A stretch of DNA of 64,000 nt from an uncultured Bacilli bacterium (GCA_934130235.1 CAKOXU010000001.1:8794-72793); one strand, 5' to 3'; numbered from the stretch's first letter, positions 18,363-28,742 are shown. Program-made: numbers and translations. Notes: generated by a model from the sequence alone, not told the origin.

Positions 18363-19064
18363 TTATCCCTCCATAACTATTACACTACCACTTTTATAGT
18401 CACTATCTATTAAAAATAGTATTTTTAAAGCAACCTCTTTAGGATCAATTAATTTATATTGTCCAATACGATTCATTTCCTTTTCTAAATATTCCGGATT
18501 CATTTCCATAACACTTTCCGTAGATACCCAATTTGGACATATAACATAAAATTTAATATTTGAAATAGCTAAGCTTAATGACTTAGTTAAATTAATCAAC
18601 CCTGCCTTAGATGCAGAGTAATCAATATTAAGACTTTGATAAGTATCAATACCATCAGTACTAGAAATATTTATAACAATACCTTGATCCATTATATTTT
18701 TAAATTTTTTGACAAGTAAAAATGGCGCAACCAAATTCACCTCTAACACATTCATAAACTCATCTTTTGTTTTATATTCAATCTCATTATCAATACTTAA
18801 AGCCGCATTATTAACGAGAATATCTATATGAGAATATTTAGTGCTGACCTCATTATAAAATTTTTCTATAGAATTTAAATCACGCAAATCAAGCTTATAA
18901 AATGTACCTTTTACTCCAATTGAATTAATTCTTCTTTGAACAGACGAAATATCACTAGAATTATATGTACCTACAATGTCATATCCATCACGAGCTAAAG
19001 ATAGTGCGATTTCTTTTCCTATTCCTTTAGCACATCCAGTAATAATTGCCACACGCTTCATCAA
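18363..19064 (-). CDS. SDR-family oxidoreductase
   Basis: AIITGCAKGIGKEIA Rossmann motif. The YxxxK region is present. Confidence 0.8.
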   Translation of the reverse strand: MMKRVAIITGCAKGIGKEIALSLARDGYDIVGTYNSSDISSVQRRINSIGVKGTFYKLDLRDLNSIEKFYNEVSTKYSHIDILVNNAALSIDNEIEYKTKDEFMNVLEVNLVAPFLLVKKFKNIMDQGIVINISSTDGIDTYQSLNIDYSASKAGLINLTKSLSLAISNIKFYVICPNWVSTESVMEMNPEYLEKEMNRIGQYKLIDPKEVALKILFLIDSDYKSGSVIVMEG

Positions 19065-19202
19065 ATCACCAATAGTATTTTATCACATAATAATTAAAAA
19101 GTGTAAATAATTTACACTTTTTTTATTTTAAATATAAGTTATAATATTTTCATTATTTAAAAAGTTAATATAAAAGTAATAATAAGTAATATATTTACAA
19201 AA

Positions 19203-21536
19203 TCATTGCCATTTCCAATTCCTTACAGATTCCATGTCAATACCATATTCTTTTATATACCTTTTGTGATATTCTAACATGTCATCACACCATTTATCAA
19301 CTATATTTTTATTCTTTAAATCTAAATATTTTAAGGCATCCTTAATCAAGGAAAATCTATCTATTTTATTTTGTACACGCATATCAAATGGAGTTGTAAT
19401 AGTTCCTTCTTCTATATAACCATGAACATGTAAATTTTGATTAGTCCTATTATATGTCAATTCATGAATTAAATTTGGATATCCATGAAAATTAAATATT
19501 ATTGGTTTATCTTTTGTAAATAAATTATCATATGCCTCATTACTTAATCCATGAGGATGAACTTTATCTGATTGTAATCTCATTAAATCAACCACATTTA
19601 TAAATCTAATTTTTAAACTAGGATATATCTTGTTCAATATAGAAATAGCAGCTATAGACTCCAAAGTAGGCGTATCACCGCATCCAACCATTACTAAATC
19701 GGGATCACCATTATCATTAGATGCAAAGTTCCATATTCCTACGCCTTGCTTACAATGTTCTATAGCTTCATCCATTGTTAACCATTGTTCTCTTGGATGT
19801 TTAGAAGCTATAATAATATTAATATAGTTTTTACTTCTTATACAATGATCAAATACTGATAGTAAACAATTAGTATCAGCTGGTAAATATACTCGTGAAA
19901 TATCAGCTTTTTTTGTAATAACATGATTTAAAAAGCCTGGATCTTGATGTGTATAACCATTATGATCTTGTTGCCAAACATGCGAAGTAAGTAAATAATT
20001 TAATGAGCTTATAGGTTTTCTCCAATCTAATTCATTAGACACTTTCAACCATTTTGCATGTTGACTCATCATAGAATCAATTACTCTAACAAATGCTTCA
20101 TACGAATCAAAAACGCCATGTCTACCAGTAAGAATATATCCCTCTAACATTCCTTCACAAACATGTTCTGATAGATAAGAATCAATTACTCTACCATCAT
20201 CACTCAAAAATTCATCATTATCTTTTCTTTCGGCGTTAAATTGCCTATTTGTATCTTCAAAAATATGATTTAATCTATTAGACAAAGCCTCATCAGGGCC
20301 AAATACTCTAAAGTTATTTGGATTATTGCTGATTATATCTCTAATAAAATTACCAAGTTCCATCATGTCTTGTTTTATAACACTTCCAGGATATGGAACA
20401 TTTATTTCATACTTTCTAAAATTAGGAACATTTAACTCTTTAAGCAATAATCCTCCATTAGAATTTTTATTGCTACCCATTCTTAATTCTTTAGGCGGAA
20501 CAAGAATTTTTAAAACATCCTTAAATGTTCCATCTACATTAAACAAATCCTCTGGCTTATAACTTCTAAGCCAATTTTCAAGTGCCCTAACATCACTTTC
20601 ATTATTAATAGTAATTGGAACTTGATGTGCTCTAAAAGTTCCTTCTATTTGCTTATCTAATACTTTCTTTGGTCCAGTCCACCCTTTAGGAGTTTTTAAA
20701 ACTATCATAGGATAAATAGGTCTTTTTGTACTATCACTATTTTTTATGAGCTTAATCATAGACACACATTCATCCATAGCTTTAGCCATAGCATTGTGAT
20801 ATTCAATTGGTTCAGTATTGGAATTAATTTCTACAAATATAGGTAAATAACCGCAACCATATAAATAAAACTTTAATTCAGAAGTTGAAATACGTGATAA
20901 TATAGTTGGATTAGATATTTTATATCCATTTAAATGAAGAATAGGTAAAACTATACCATCTTTTTTTGGATTAATAAGTTTGTTTATGTTCCATGAAGTA
21001 GAAAGCGGACCAGTTTCTGCTTCACCATCACCTATTATACACGGAACTATTAAATCGGGGTTGTCTAATACTGCACCATATGCATGCATTAAACTATATC
21101 CTAATTCCCCACCTTCATTTATGCTTCCAGGTGTTTCAGGAGCAACATGACTTGATACACCACCTGGAAAAGAAAATTGCTTGAATAACTTTTGCATTCC
21201 TTCTATATCTTGAGTTATGTTTGGATAAACTTCTGTATAGCTACCTTCTAAATAAGTTTGAGATACACAAGCATTTCCCCCATGACCAGGGCCAACTACT
21301 AACATCATATTTAAATTATACTTTTTTATTATTCTGTTTAAATGAGTATATATAAAATTTTGCCCAGGAACAGTACCCCAATGTCCGACTATTTTTTTCT
21401 TTATATCATCTTTGTCAAGAGGTCTTAAAAGCAATGGATTAGAAAGTAAATATAATTGCCCTACAGCTAAATAATTACTAGCCCTAAAATATGCATCAAG
21501 CGCGACTACTTCCTCATTAGTTAATATTCTTTCCAT
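19203..21536 (-). CDS. xfp: Xylulose-5-P/fructose-6-P phosphoketolase
   Basis: GHWGTVPGQNFIY, EGGELGYSL and a TPP-binding region. About 777 aa. Confidence 0.9.
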   Translation of the reverse strand: MERILTNEEVVALDAYFRASNYLAVGQLYLLSNPLLLRPLDKDDIKKKIVGHWGTVPGQNFIYTHLNRIIKKYNLNMMLVVGPGHGGNACVSQTYLEGSYTEVYPNITQDIEGMQKLFKQFSFPGGVSSHVAPETPGSINEGGELGYSLMHAYGAVLDNPDLIVPCIIGDGEAETGPLSTSWNINKLINPKKDGIVLPILHLNGYKISNPTILSRISTSELKFYLYGCGYLPIFVEINSNTEPIEYHNAMAKAMDECVSMIKLIKNSDSTKRPIYPMIVLKTPKGWTGPKKVLDKQIEGTFRAHQVPITINNESDVRALENWLRSYKPEDLFNVDGTFKDVLKILVPPKELRMGSNKNSNGGLLLKELNVPNFRKYEINVPYPGSVIKQDMMELGNFIRDIISNNPNNFRVFGPDEALSNRLNHIFEDTNRQFNAERKDNDEFLSDDGRVIDSYLSEHVCEGMLEGYILTGRHGVFDSYEAFVRVIDSMMSQHAKWLKVSNELDWRKPISSLNYLLTSHVWQQDHNGYTHQDPGFLNHVITKKADISRVYLPADTNCLLSVFDHCIRSKNYINIIIASKHPREQWLTMDEAIEHCKQGVGIWNFASNDNGDPDLVMVGCGDTPTLESIAAISILNKIYPSLKIRFINVVDLMRLQSDKVHPHGLSNEAYDNLFTKDKPIIFNFHGYPNLIHELTYNRTNQNLHVHGYIEEGTITTPFDMRVQNKIDRFSLIKDALKYLDLKNKNIVDKWCDDMLEYHKRYIKEYGIDMESVRNWKWQ

Positions 21537-21600
21537 ACTATCCCTCTATTCTTCTAAAACTATTATATAACATTTTTACCTTTTTAACAATGTTAAAAAC

Positions 21601-23043
21601 TTATTTATCTAACTTTATACTATAAGTACTTGGACCAGTTAACACATTACCTTCTATATCAAAACTTGAACCATGACATGGACACTCCCACGTTTTTTCG
21701 ATTTCATTAAACACTAGTGAGCACTTCATATGTGGACAAATATTTTTAACTTTATAATCTTTATCCTTTCCATGATATACACCTACATCCATGCCATTTT
21801 CTTTAACCACTTCTGCATATTCATAAAAACTATGATTCTTAACTAATTTATTTTTTACAAATGTACAACCAGTAACCAAATTATTCTTAATAGCATTTAT
21901 AGATCTATTTAAACTAAATGGTCTATTTAAACTAAAAATATGAGAATAATTATTTTTACTATTAGTTATATAGTCAGATATAATCATTCCAGACAAAACA
22001 CCATTAGTCATTCCCCACTTATTAAATGCGGTAGAAATATACATTGTATCATTAATTTTATCAATATATGGAATGGAATCATTACTCATAACATCATGTG
22101 TACTCCACATATAATCGTATTTTTCATTGAAATAACACTTAAATTTATCCTCTAATTCAGAAAATTGTTTTTTATAATTTATATAAAAATTGCCATGTGA
22201 ATTAGAAGAAAATAGTAAATTATCTTTATAACTTCTCATTGAAATAGTTGGCTTAAGTGCTGTAATAGATGATAGTTTATCAACCTTTATTTTTGATGAT
22301 AAAACATATGATCTTTCAATATGTGTTTTAAGAGGTATAAAAGCAGGTACTATAAAAAAAGGATAGTGAGTTGCTACTACTATTCTACTACATGTAATAT
22401 TTCCTTTATTAGTATGCACACAATAATTATTGTTACACTTATCTATATAAAGAACCTTTGTATTTTCATATACTTTGTGATTTTTTTTAATAATTTTTTT
22501 TAAAGAATAAACATATTTTAAAGGATTAAAAATAGCTGTATTATAAAGCATAATACCATATACAACAGGATAATTATTAGGAAGTTTATTAATAACTTTA
22601 TACTTAATGTTAAACCTATTATAAAAATCTTCTTCTTTCTTGATAATTTTTATGTCCTTTGTATTATTAGTAAATATACAGCTATTTACTCTTTCAAAAT
22701 CACAATCAATATTATACTTTTTTATAATACTCTCTACTCTTTTAATAGCAACTGTTTGTGATTTATAATACTTAAACGCTGTATCAATACCATAATTATT
22801 AATTATTTTATTATAAATAGATCCTTGTGCATACGTAAGTTTACCCGTGGATTTACCTGTTGTACCACTACCAACTTCATTCATTTCTACCATTGTAAAA
22901 TCAACGTCTTTTTCGTGTAATTCTATTCCTATTGACATTCCAGATATTCCACACCCTATAATAAGTGTTTCAGTATTAATATCACTTTTTAATACGTCTT
23001 TTTTACTATTTTTAACAGTACTACTCCAAATAGATTTGTTTAT
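21601..23043 (-). CDS. FAD-dependent oxidoreductase with a C-terminal Rieske [2Fe-2S] domain (YhfW-like)
   Basis: GCGISGMSIG dinucleotide motif and CPHMKC...CPCHGS Rieske ligands. Start set at MINKS to avoid overlap with the HTH gene. The ORF-track start is at 23133. Confidence 0.7.
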   Translation of the reverse strand: MNKSIWSSTVKNSKKDVLKSDINTETLIIGCGISGMSIGIELHEKDVDFTMVEMNEVGSGTTGKSTGKLTYAQGSIYNKIINNYGIDTAFKYYKSQTVAIKRVESIIKKYNIDCDFERVNSCIFTNNTKDIKIIKKEEDFYNRFNIKYKVINKLPNNYPVVYGIMLYNTAIFNPLKYVYSLKKIIKKNHKVYENTKVLYIDKCNNNYCVHTNKGNITCSRIVVATHYPFFIVPAFIPLKTHIERSYVLSSKIKVDKLSSITALKPTISMRSYKDNLLFSSNSHGNFYINYKKQFSELEDKFKCYFNEKYDYMWSTHDVMSNDSIPYIDKINDTMYISTAFNKWGMTNGVLSGMIISDYITNSKNNYSHIFSLNRPFSLNRSINAIKNNLVTGCTFVKNKLVKNHSFYEYAEVVKENGMDVGVYHGKDKDYKVKNICPHMKCSLVFNEIEKTWECPCHGSSFDIEGNVLTGPSTYSIKLDK

Positions 23044-23101
23044 CATTATATCACCAATATATATAGTACAAATAATAAAAACTATATTCAAAAATATAAT
23101 A

Positions 23102-23344
23102 CTATTCAAAAAATTTGTCCATAGAAACTCCAAGTACTACAGATATTTTATACAAAGTATCAATCGAGCAACCAATTGCACCTTTCTTATATTCTAATCT
23201 TCTAATAAAATCATAAGATTTTCCAACATCTACCGCCAATTGCTCCTGAGTAATATTAGCAAGTTTTCTATACTTTTTAATATTTAAAGATATCTTAACC
23301 ATTATATTTTCATCAAAATCAAATTCACGCTTAAATGTAGCCAT
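23102..23344 (-). CDS. XRE-family HTH transcriptional regulator
   Basis: ITQEQLAVDVGKSYDFIRRLE helix-turn-helix. Confidence 0.7.
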   Translation of the reverse strand: MATFKREFDFDENIMVKISLNIKKYRKLANITQEQLAVDVGKSYDFIRRLEYKKGAIGCSIDTLYKISVVLGVSMDKFFE

Positions 23345-23471
23345 GACATATCACCCCTATATATATTGTCCTATTTATGGCTTTTTATGTCCGGGAACAA
23401 GAAAGTCCTGTTTAGGGGTACTCACAGGTCCTGTTTTATGCTATAATAGTAATTGAAAGGAGTGTGAATAT

Positions 23472-24080
23472 ATGTCAAATGCTACAGTAAATAAAAAAAG
23501 TGGTTTAGCTACCGCTGGATTAATTCTTGGAATTATAGGTACTGCGCTATCATTTATTCCTATAATTAATAATGCTGCCTTCGTAATAGGAATATTTGCA
23601 TTAATATTTGGAATTATAGCATTAATAAAAAAGGAAACTAAAGGTAAAACTATTGCCAGTATTATTCTCGGTATTGCAGCCATTTCTATTACATTACTAA
23701 TGCAGCAAGCAGCTTCTAATGCCATAGATGAAGTATCAAAAGAAATTGACAAAATAACTGGTGATAATACAGAAGAAGTACTAAATAAAGATGTCGACAT
23801 AACTTTAGGCGATTTTATAGCCACAACTGATGAATACGGTTTTACTAATACTAAACTTGTTGTAACAGTAAAAAATACTACTGACAGCAAAAAATCATAT
23901 TCTATTCATATTGAAGCAGTTGATGCAGATGGTAAAAGAATAGAAGATGATTATGTCTATGCAAATGACTTAACAGCTGGTCAGACTCAAGATTTTGAAA
24001 TTTTTAATTTAGTTCAAGACGAAAAAGTAGACTTACTTAAAAATGCAACTTTTAAAATTGTAGAAGCATCTGCTTACTAA
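23472..24080 (+). CDS. Membrane protein with a DUF4190-like N-terminal two-TM region and a C-terminal extracellular beta domain
   Basis: LATAGLILGIIGTALSFIP...FALIFGIIALI followed by a soluble domain. Confidence 0.55.
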   Translation: MSNATVNKKSGLATAGLILGIIGTALSFIPIINNAAFVIGIFALIFGIIALIKKETKGKTIASIILGIAAISITLLMQQAASNAIDEVSKEIDKITGDNTEEVLNKDVDITLGDFIATTDEYGFTNTKLVVTVKNTTDSKKSYSIHIEAVDADGKRIEDDYVYANDLTAGQTQDFEIFNLVQDEKVDLLKNATFKIVEASAY

Positions 24081-24088
24081 AAAACAAA

Positions 24089-24118
24089 AAATACTTTAAA
24101 ATTTAAAGTATTTTTTTC
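24089..24118. terminator. Bidirectional Rho-independent terminator between the DUF4190-like gene and tRNA-His
   Basis: ATACTTTAAA-ATTT-AAAGTAT hairpin flanked by an A-run and a T-run. Confidence 0.6.
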
Positions 24119-24151
24119 ATAAAAAAACAGTATAACTGTTAATTACCAAAA

Positions 24152-24228
24152 TGGGGCGAGTATAGGGATTCGAACCCTAGCATAATGGAACCACAATCCA
24201 CCGTGTTAACCCCTTCACCATACTCGCC
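24152..24228 (-). tRNA. tRNA-His (anticodon GTG) with encoded G-1 and 3' CCA
   Basis: Minus-strand sequence GGCGAGTATGGTGAAGGGGTTAACACGGTGGATTGTGGTTCCATTATGCTAGGGTTCGAATCCCTATACTCGCCCCA. Anticodon loop TTGTGGT, T-arm TAGGG/TTCGAAT/CCCTA. An extra 5' G pairs with discriminator C73, which is diagnostic of tRNA-His. Confidence 0.85.
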
Positions 24229-24369
24229 ATATAAGCCACATTTGACTTACGAAATATATTTTAACAAATTTTATTTGTTTTGTCTACATTTTTTTATAAT
24301 ATTATTTAAATTAGACGCATGCCTATACACAACTTAGCCCAAATCATAGTATAAATCGAGGAGGATTTT

Positions 24370-24786
24370 ATGAATAACTACCCAAATTTTATAAATTTTA
24401 AAAATATGTATGATAATAAAGAAGTAAAAAGTACTACTGATAATTTGTATGATGTTTATAATGGTTTTATACGAGGAAATATGTTTAAAAATTTATATGA
24501 CTCTTATAAGATAAAAGAACCTTTCGAAATTAAGCCTATGAATGAACAGGCTGAAATTTTAACAAAAATTAATTCTTTAGGTTTTGCGATGATTGATTTA
24601 GATTTGTATCTCGATATTTATTCTAATGATACTGATATGATCAATTTATATAATCAATTTAGATCAGAAAAAGAAAGATTACAAAGCGTATATGAAAGTA
24701 AGTATGGGCCGCTAACTTTAAATAGTGAGGCTTTAAATACTACACCATGGGCTTGGAATAATATGCCATGGCCATGGGAATCATAG
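24370..24786 (+). CDS. cotJB: Spore coat protein CotJB with an N-terminal CotJA-like extension (possible CotJA-CotJB fusion)
   Basis: The C-terminal half, EQAEILTKINSLGFAMIDLDLYLDIYSNDTDMINLYNQF...YESKYGPLT, matches CotJB. The ORF sits immediately upstream of cotJC. The first ~55 aa are Y/N-rich and CotJA-like. Confidence 0.65.
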   Translation: MNNYPNFINFKNMYDNKEVKSTTDNLYDVYNGFIRGNMFKNLYDSYKIKEPFEIKPMNEQAEILTKINSLGFAMIDLDLYLDIYSNDTDMINLYNQFRSEKERLQSVYESKYGPLTLNSEALNTTPWAWNNMPWPWES

Positions 24787-24795
24787 GAGGTTAAT

Positions 24796-25362
24796 ATGTG
24801 GAAATATGAAAAGAAATTAGAATATCCAATAAATATTCAAAACAAGGATTTAAAAATGGCAAAAGCATTATTAGAACAGTATGGAGGAGCTAATGGAGAA
24901 TTTGCAGCCGCTATGAGGTATTTAAATCAAAGATATACTATGCCAGATGAGAAAGGTTATTCCTTATTAAATGATATTGGAACTGAAGAATTAGCTCATG
25001 TAGAAATGATAGCTACAATGGTATATCAGCTTATGAAAGATGCATCTGTTGATGAACTAAAGCAAAATGGTCTGACTGCTTATTATGTAGAACATAAAAG
25101 AGCATTATTTCCTTGCGATGCTAACGGAGTTCCTTTTACAGCAGCGTATTTTGCTACTACAGGAGATTGGGATGCAGACTTAACTGAAGATATGGCTGCA
25201 GAAGAAAAAGCAAGAGCAACATACGAAAACCTAATGGATTTAACTAATGATCCATCACTTTTAGCGCCATTATCATTTTTAAGACAAAGAGAAATTGTTC
25301 ATTTTACAAGATTTAAAGAGCTTAAAAACTATTATACAAATAAATATAAAAATAGTGTTTAA
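24796..25362 (+). CDS. cotJC: Spore coat protein CotJC (manganese-catalase family)
   Basis: MWKYEKKLEYP...KMAKALLEQYGGANGEFAAAMRYLNQRY is near-identical in pattern to the B. subtilis CotJC N-terminus. Confidence 0.9.
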   Translation: MWKYEKKLEYPINIQNKDLKMAKALLEQYGGANGEFAAAMRYLNQRYTMPDEKGYSLLNDIGTEELAHVEMIATMVYQLMKDASVDELKQNGLTAYYVEHKRALFPCDANGVPFTAAYFATTGDWDADLTEDMAAEEKARATYENLMDLTNDPSLLAPLSFLRQREIVHFTRFKELKNYYTNKYKNSV

Positions 25363-25401
25363 TTTTTAAAAGTGTGCTATAATTTTAGTAGGAGGTAAGT
25401 T

Positions 25402-25797
25402 ATGTATACAGACTATAATACTTATTATGCTACTAATATTTTTACTGGTGTAGCTATTTGGACATTTATATCACTCATAATAGCTTTAATATGTGGAATA
25501 ACACTTTACTTTTTATTTTTGAAAAGCGATAAAGAATATAATGGTGTGATAGCTAAATTACATAGTTTTTTGAATTTTAAAACTTTAATAGTTGAAGACA
25601 TTCTTAAAATAACGTATTTAGTACTAGCTATATATATAACACTTTTCTCGTTTGGATTAATAGGTGTAAGTGTTATATCATTCATTTGCGTTTTAGTAAT
25701 AGGAAATATAGCATTAAGAATTGCTTATGAATTATCTATTTTACTAATTAAAATATGCAAAAATACCAGTGAAATAAATAAAAAATTAAAAAAATAA
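25402..25797 (+). CDS. Hypothetical small membrane protein
   Basis: 3-4 TM helices. GGAGG RBS. Confidence 0.45.
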   Translation: MYTDYNTYYATNIFTGVAIWTFISLIIALICGITLYFLFLKSDKEYNGVIAKLHSFLNFKTLIVEDILKITYLVLAIYITLFSFGLIGVSVISFICVLVIGNIALRIAYELSILLIKICKNTSEINKKLKK

Positions 25798-25811
25798 CCA
25801 TTTGGTTATTT

Positions 25812-26804
25812 TTATTTTCCTTCTACTAAATGTATATTATCAAGTAGCACACCAGTACCTTCAACTACACAAGTAAGTGGAGATTCTGCAATAAATACTG
25901 GAACTTTTAGTTCATGAGATAATAAACTATCAAATCCATGAATAAGTGCACCACCGCCTGTTACAACTACACCTTTATCAATTATATCAGCAGATAACTC
26001 TGGTGGAGTTTTTTCTAATACATTTTTAGCTGAATGAATTATTGTATATACTGACTCTCTCAATGCCTCTTCCACTTCATCACTACAAATAGTAATAGTA
26101 TGTGGAAGTCCAGTAACTAAATCCCTTCCTTTTACTTCCATCTTATCATTTTTACCTTCGGGATAAACAGATCCAATTTCAAACTTAATTTCTTCTGCTG
26201 TTCTATCTCCTATAAGCAATTTATATTTATCTTTAATATATTTTATAATATCAGTATCAAATGTATTACCGGCAACTTTTATAGATTCACTAGTTACTAT
26301 ATCACCTAAAGATAAAATAGCTATATCAGTTGTTCCACCACCTATATCTATAACCATATTTCCACTTGGTTTTGATATATCAAGTCCTGCACCTATAGCA
26401 GCAACTTTGGGTTCTTCTTCCAAAAACACTTTTCTAGCTCCCGTACGTTCAGCAGCTTCCTTAATAGCATTCTTCTCTACTTGAGTTATATTTGAAGGAC
26501 AACAAATCAATATTCTAGGGCGTGATAAAAAGCTCTTTCCATTTACCTTTTTTATAAAGTTGTTTAACATCATTTCAGTTATCTCAAAATCCGCGATTAC
26601 GCCGTCTTTCATAGGTCTAATTGCTTGTACTTTACCTGGTGTTCTGCCTAACATTTCTTTTGCCTGAGTACCTACAGCTAAGATTTTTTTTGTATCTGAA
26701 TCTATTGCAACTATACTAGGCTCATTTAATACTATACCTTGACCCTTTATATAGATTAATATATTAGCAGTTCCTAAATCTATTCCTATATCCTTTGCGA
26801 ACAT
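25812..26804 (-). CDS. mbl: MreB-like actin homolog (Mbl, given its position next to spoIIID)
   Basis: DIGIDLGTANILIY phosphate-1 motif and DIGGGTTD phosphate-2. Synteny with spoIIID as in Bacillus/Clostridium. Confidence 0.9.
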   Translation of the reverse strand: MFAKDIGIDLGTANILIYIKGQGIVLNEPSIVAIDSDTKKILAVGTQAKEMLGRTPGKVQAIRPMKDGVIADFEITEMMLNNFIKKVNGKSFLSRPRILICCPSNITQVEKNAIKEAAERTGARKVFLEEEPKVAAIGAGLDISKPSGNMVIDIGGGTTDIAILSLGDIVTSESIKVAGNTFDTDIIKYIKDKYKLLIGDRTAEEIKFEIGSVYPEGKNDKMEVKGRDLVTGLPHTITICSDEVEEALRESVYTIIHSAKNVLEKTPPELSADIIDKGVVVTGGGALIHGFDSLLSHELKVPVFIAESPLTCVVEGTGVLLDNIHLVEGK

Positions 26805-26860
26805 GTTAATTCCTCCATCCTTTTACAATTATATCATAAATTAATCTGTGTTTGGTAAAA

Positions 26861-27118
26861 TCAGGAAAATTTTTTATACTTTTTTTTAGTAGATTCACCA
26901 CCCCTAATATGTCTAATATCTGAGTGGTATCTTAATATACTATCTATTTGTTCAAATTTCTCATAATTAATAAAAGCTAATCTCTCATGTAAATCTTTAT
27001 GTACAGTACTTTTAGAAACATTAAAATCAGTTGCGATTTCACGTACTGTTTTATCAGTCTCTATCATATATTCAGCTTCCCTCAAAACTCGATTAATTAT
27101 ATTTAAATTCATAAACAC
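26861..27118 (-). CDS. spoIIID: Stage III sporulation protein D (SpoIIID), HTH regulator
   Basis: FNVSKSTVHKDLHERL HTH and ILRYHSDIRHIRGGESTKKKYK. Confidence 0.85.
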   Translation of the reverse strand: MFMNLNIINRVLREAEYMIETDKTVREIATDFNVSKSTVHKDLHERLAFINYEKFEQIDSILRYHSDIRHIRGGESTKKKYKKFS

Positions 27119-27150
27119 CTCTGTTTTATTATATATAAAAAGTAAGTGAA

Positions 27151-27777
27151 TTATACTTCACTTACTGATTTTTCATAATAATTTTCTGGATTTACACATG
27201 TTCCCTTAATTATTAGTTCAAAATATAAATGATTATCTAAATCTGTAGATATTAACGAAGTAGAGGAAGTTCCTATTTTATCCCCTTGCGCTACTGTATC
27301 ACCCTTTTTTAATGTAATATCAGTTATACTTTGATATACACTGGTAATTCCATTTTCATGCTCTATAGTAATACTATTTCCTACTGTTTCATCAGTTTTA
27401 ACTTCCTTTACAGTACCTGATAGTATAGCAATTACATCAAATGATTTACCATTAGAATATGATACACCTGTTGACTGCATGTATGTGTTTTCATAGTATA
27501 ATATACTGTTTTCTTGATCCTTTGCCTCAGCCTTGTAATCATAAAATGATTTTACCATTTTAACTGTAGAATCACTATAAGGTTTGATAATTTTATCATC
27601 TTTTGATATTACCTTAATAGAATCTTCATTATCAAAAATACCTTTAGAAACATAATCAAATTTGGATTTAGTTAAACCACTTTGTACAGTTAAAAGTAAA
27701 AACACACCTAATACAAGTAAACTAAATGATAATCCATATAGAACATAAGTCACAGATTTTTTCAATCTTCTTTGCAT
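27151..27777 (-). CDS. spoIIQ: SpoIIQ-like membrane-anchored LytM/M23-domain protein
   Basis: N-terminal TM plus an M23 fold. The first metal motif is degenerate (YSNGKSFDV, N in the His position). The second, DNHLYFE, is retained. Sits in the clostridial spoIID-spoIIQ-spoIIID arrangement. Confidence 0.6.
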   Translation of the reverse strand: MQRRLKKSVTYVLYGLSFSLLVLGVFLLLTVQSGLTKSKFDYVSKGIFDNEDSIKVISKDDKIIKPYSDSTVKMVKSFYDYKAEAKDQENSILYYENTYMQSTGVSYSNGKSFDVIAILSGTVKEVKTDETVGNSITIEHENGITSVYQSITDITLKKGDTVAQGDKIGTSSTSLISTDLDNHLYFELIIKGTCVNPENYYEKSVSEV

Positions 27778-27824
27778 TTAATCACCTCATTAATGAGTTT
27801 TTACAATTTTATATTTTTTATACA

Positions 27825-28742
27825 TTAATTAAACTTTTTTATTTCAGTTCCTTTATAATAATAGTTTAATATTTCTTTATATGTATATCCTTCACGAGCC
27901 ATTCCTTCGGCTCCATATTGACTCATACCAACTCCATGACCATATCCTTTTGTCTTAATAATAATTTTTTCATTATCATCAATTATTTCAAAATAAGTTG
28001 ATCTTAATTTTAATTTTGAACATATTTCTTTTGCAGTTAAAGAAACACCATTAATTTTAACTTCTTTTGGTCGACCAGTAGAAGTTTTTGATAATATTTC
28101 TACATTTAATTTATCACTATAATTAAGATTTAGTAAATTAAAAAATTCTTTTCTATTAAAACTTACAGTATAATTATAATACTTAGATATTTTATCCCAA
28201 TCACTTTTAACACTTCTTAAATATTCTACTTTATTTTTAAAAATCTCTTCACTATTTTCTGTATAACCACTACTGGTAGAAAAAAACAAAGCCTCTACTA
28301 TTTGACCATTATATGATAAATATTCACCTTTAGTTTCAACCACAGCAGTTTTAATTTTATTAATATTTGAGGAATAATTTTCGCTCCAAACTGACTGTAA
28401 GTGTTCTTCATCTAAATACACTTGATTTAAAACTGTATCTACAACATCATAATCCTTATTTTTACTAGATTGAACTTGTCTCATAACATAAGTCCTAGCT
28501 GCTACAGCTTGAGCTTTTAATGCTTCAATATCAAACTCAACAGGCATTTCACCAGCTAAAACACCGGTAACATATGTCTCGATTGGAACTCTATCTATTT
28601 TATTAGTATCTGTTCTTAAAACTCTAATTATACTATTAGATGAAAAATGGAATTTAATTTGATCATTTTTTACAAAAAGAGTTATTATTATTACTGGTAT
28701 AAATATAACAATTAAAGAAAAAAGTAGTAATTTTTTTATCAA
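27825..28742 (-). CDS. spoIID: Stage II sporulation protein D (SpoIID), lytic transglycosylase
   Basis: N-terminal TM. YVTGVLAGEMPVEFDIEALKAQAVAARTYV SpoIID domain. C-terminal GYGHGVGMSQYGA. Confidence 0.85.
   Translation of the reverse strand: MIKKLLLFSLIVIFIPVIIITLFVKNDQIKFHFSSNSIIRVLRTDTNKIDRVPIETYVTGVLAGEMPVEFDIEALKAQAVAARTYVMRQVQSSKNKDYDVVDTVLNQVYLDEEHLQSVWSENYSSNINKIKTAVVETKGEYLSYNGQIVEALFFSTSSGYTENSEEIFKNKVEYLRSVKSDWDKISKYYNYTVSFNRKEFFNLLNLNYSDKLNVEILSKTSTGRPKEVKINGVSLTAKEICSKLKLRSTYFEIIDDNEKIIIKTKGYGHGVGMSQYGAEGMAREGYTYKEILNYYYKGTEIKKFN

Noticed and set aside
23441-23890. 149-aa minus-strand ORF
   Set aside because: It is antisense to the DUF4190-like membrane-protein gene, which has a promoter and RBS.
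24290-24335. Possible sigma-E promoter (ATATT ... TATACA) upstream of cotJ
   Set aside because: The spacer between the candidate -35 and -10 is about 20 nt, longer than sigma-E or sigma-K consensus spacing. The call is too weak.
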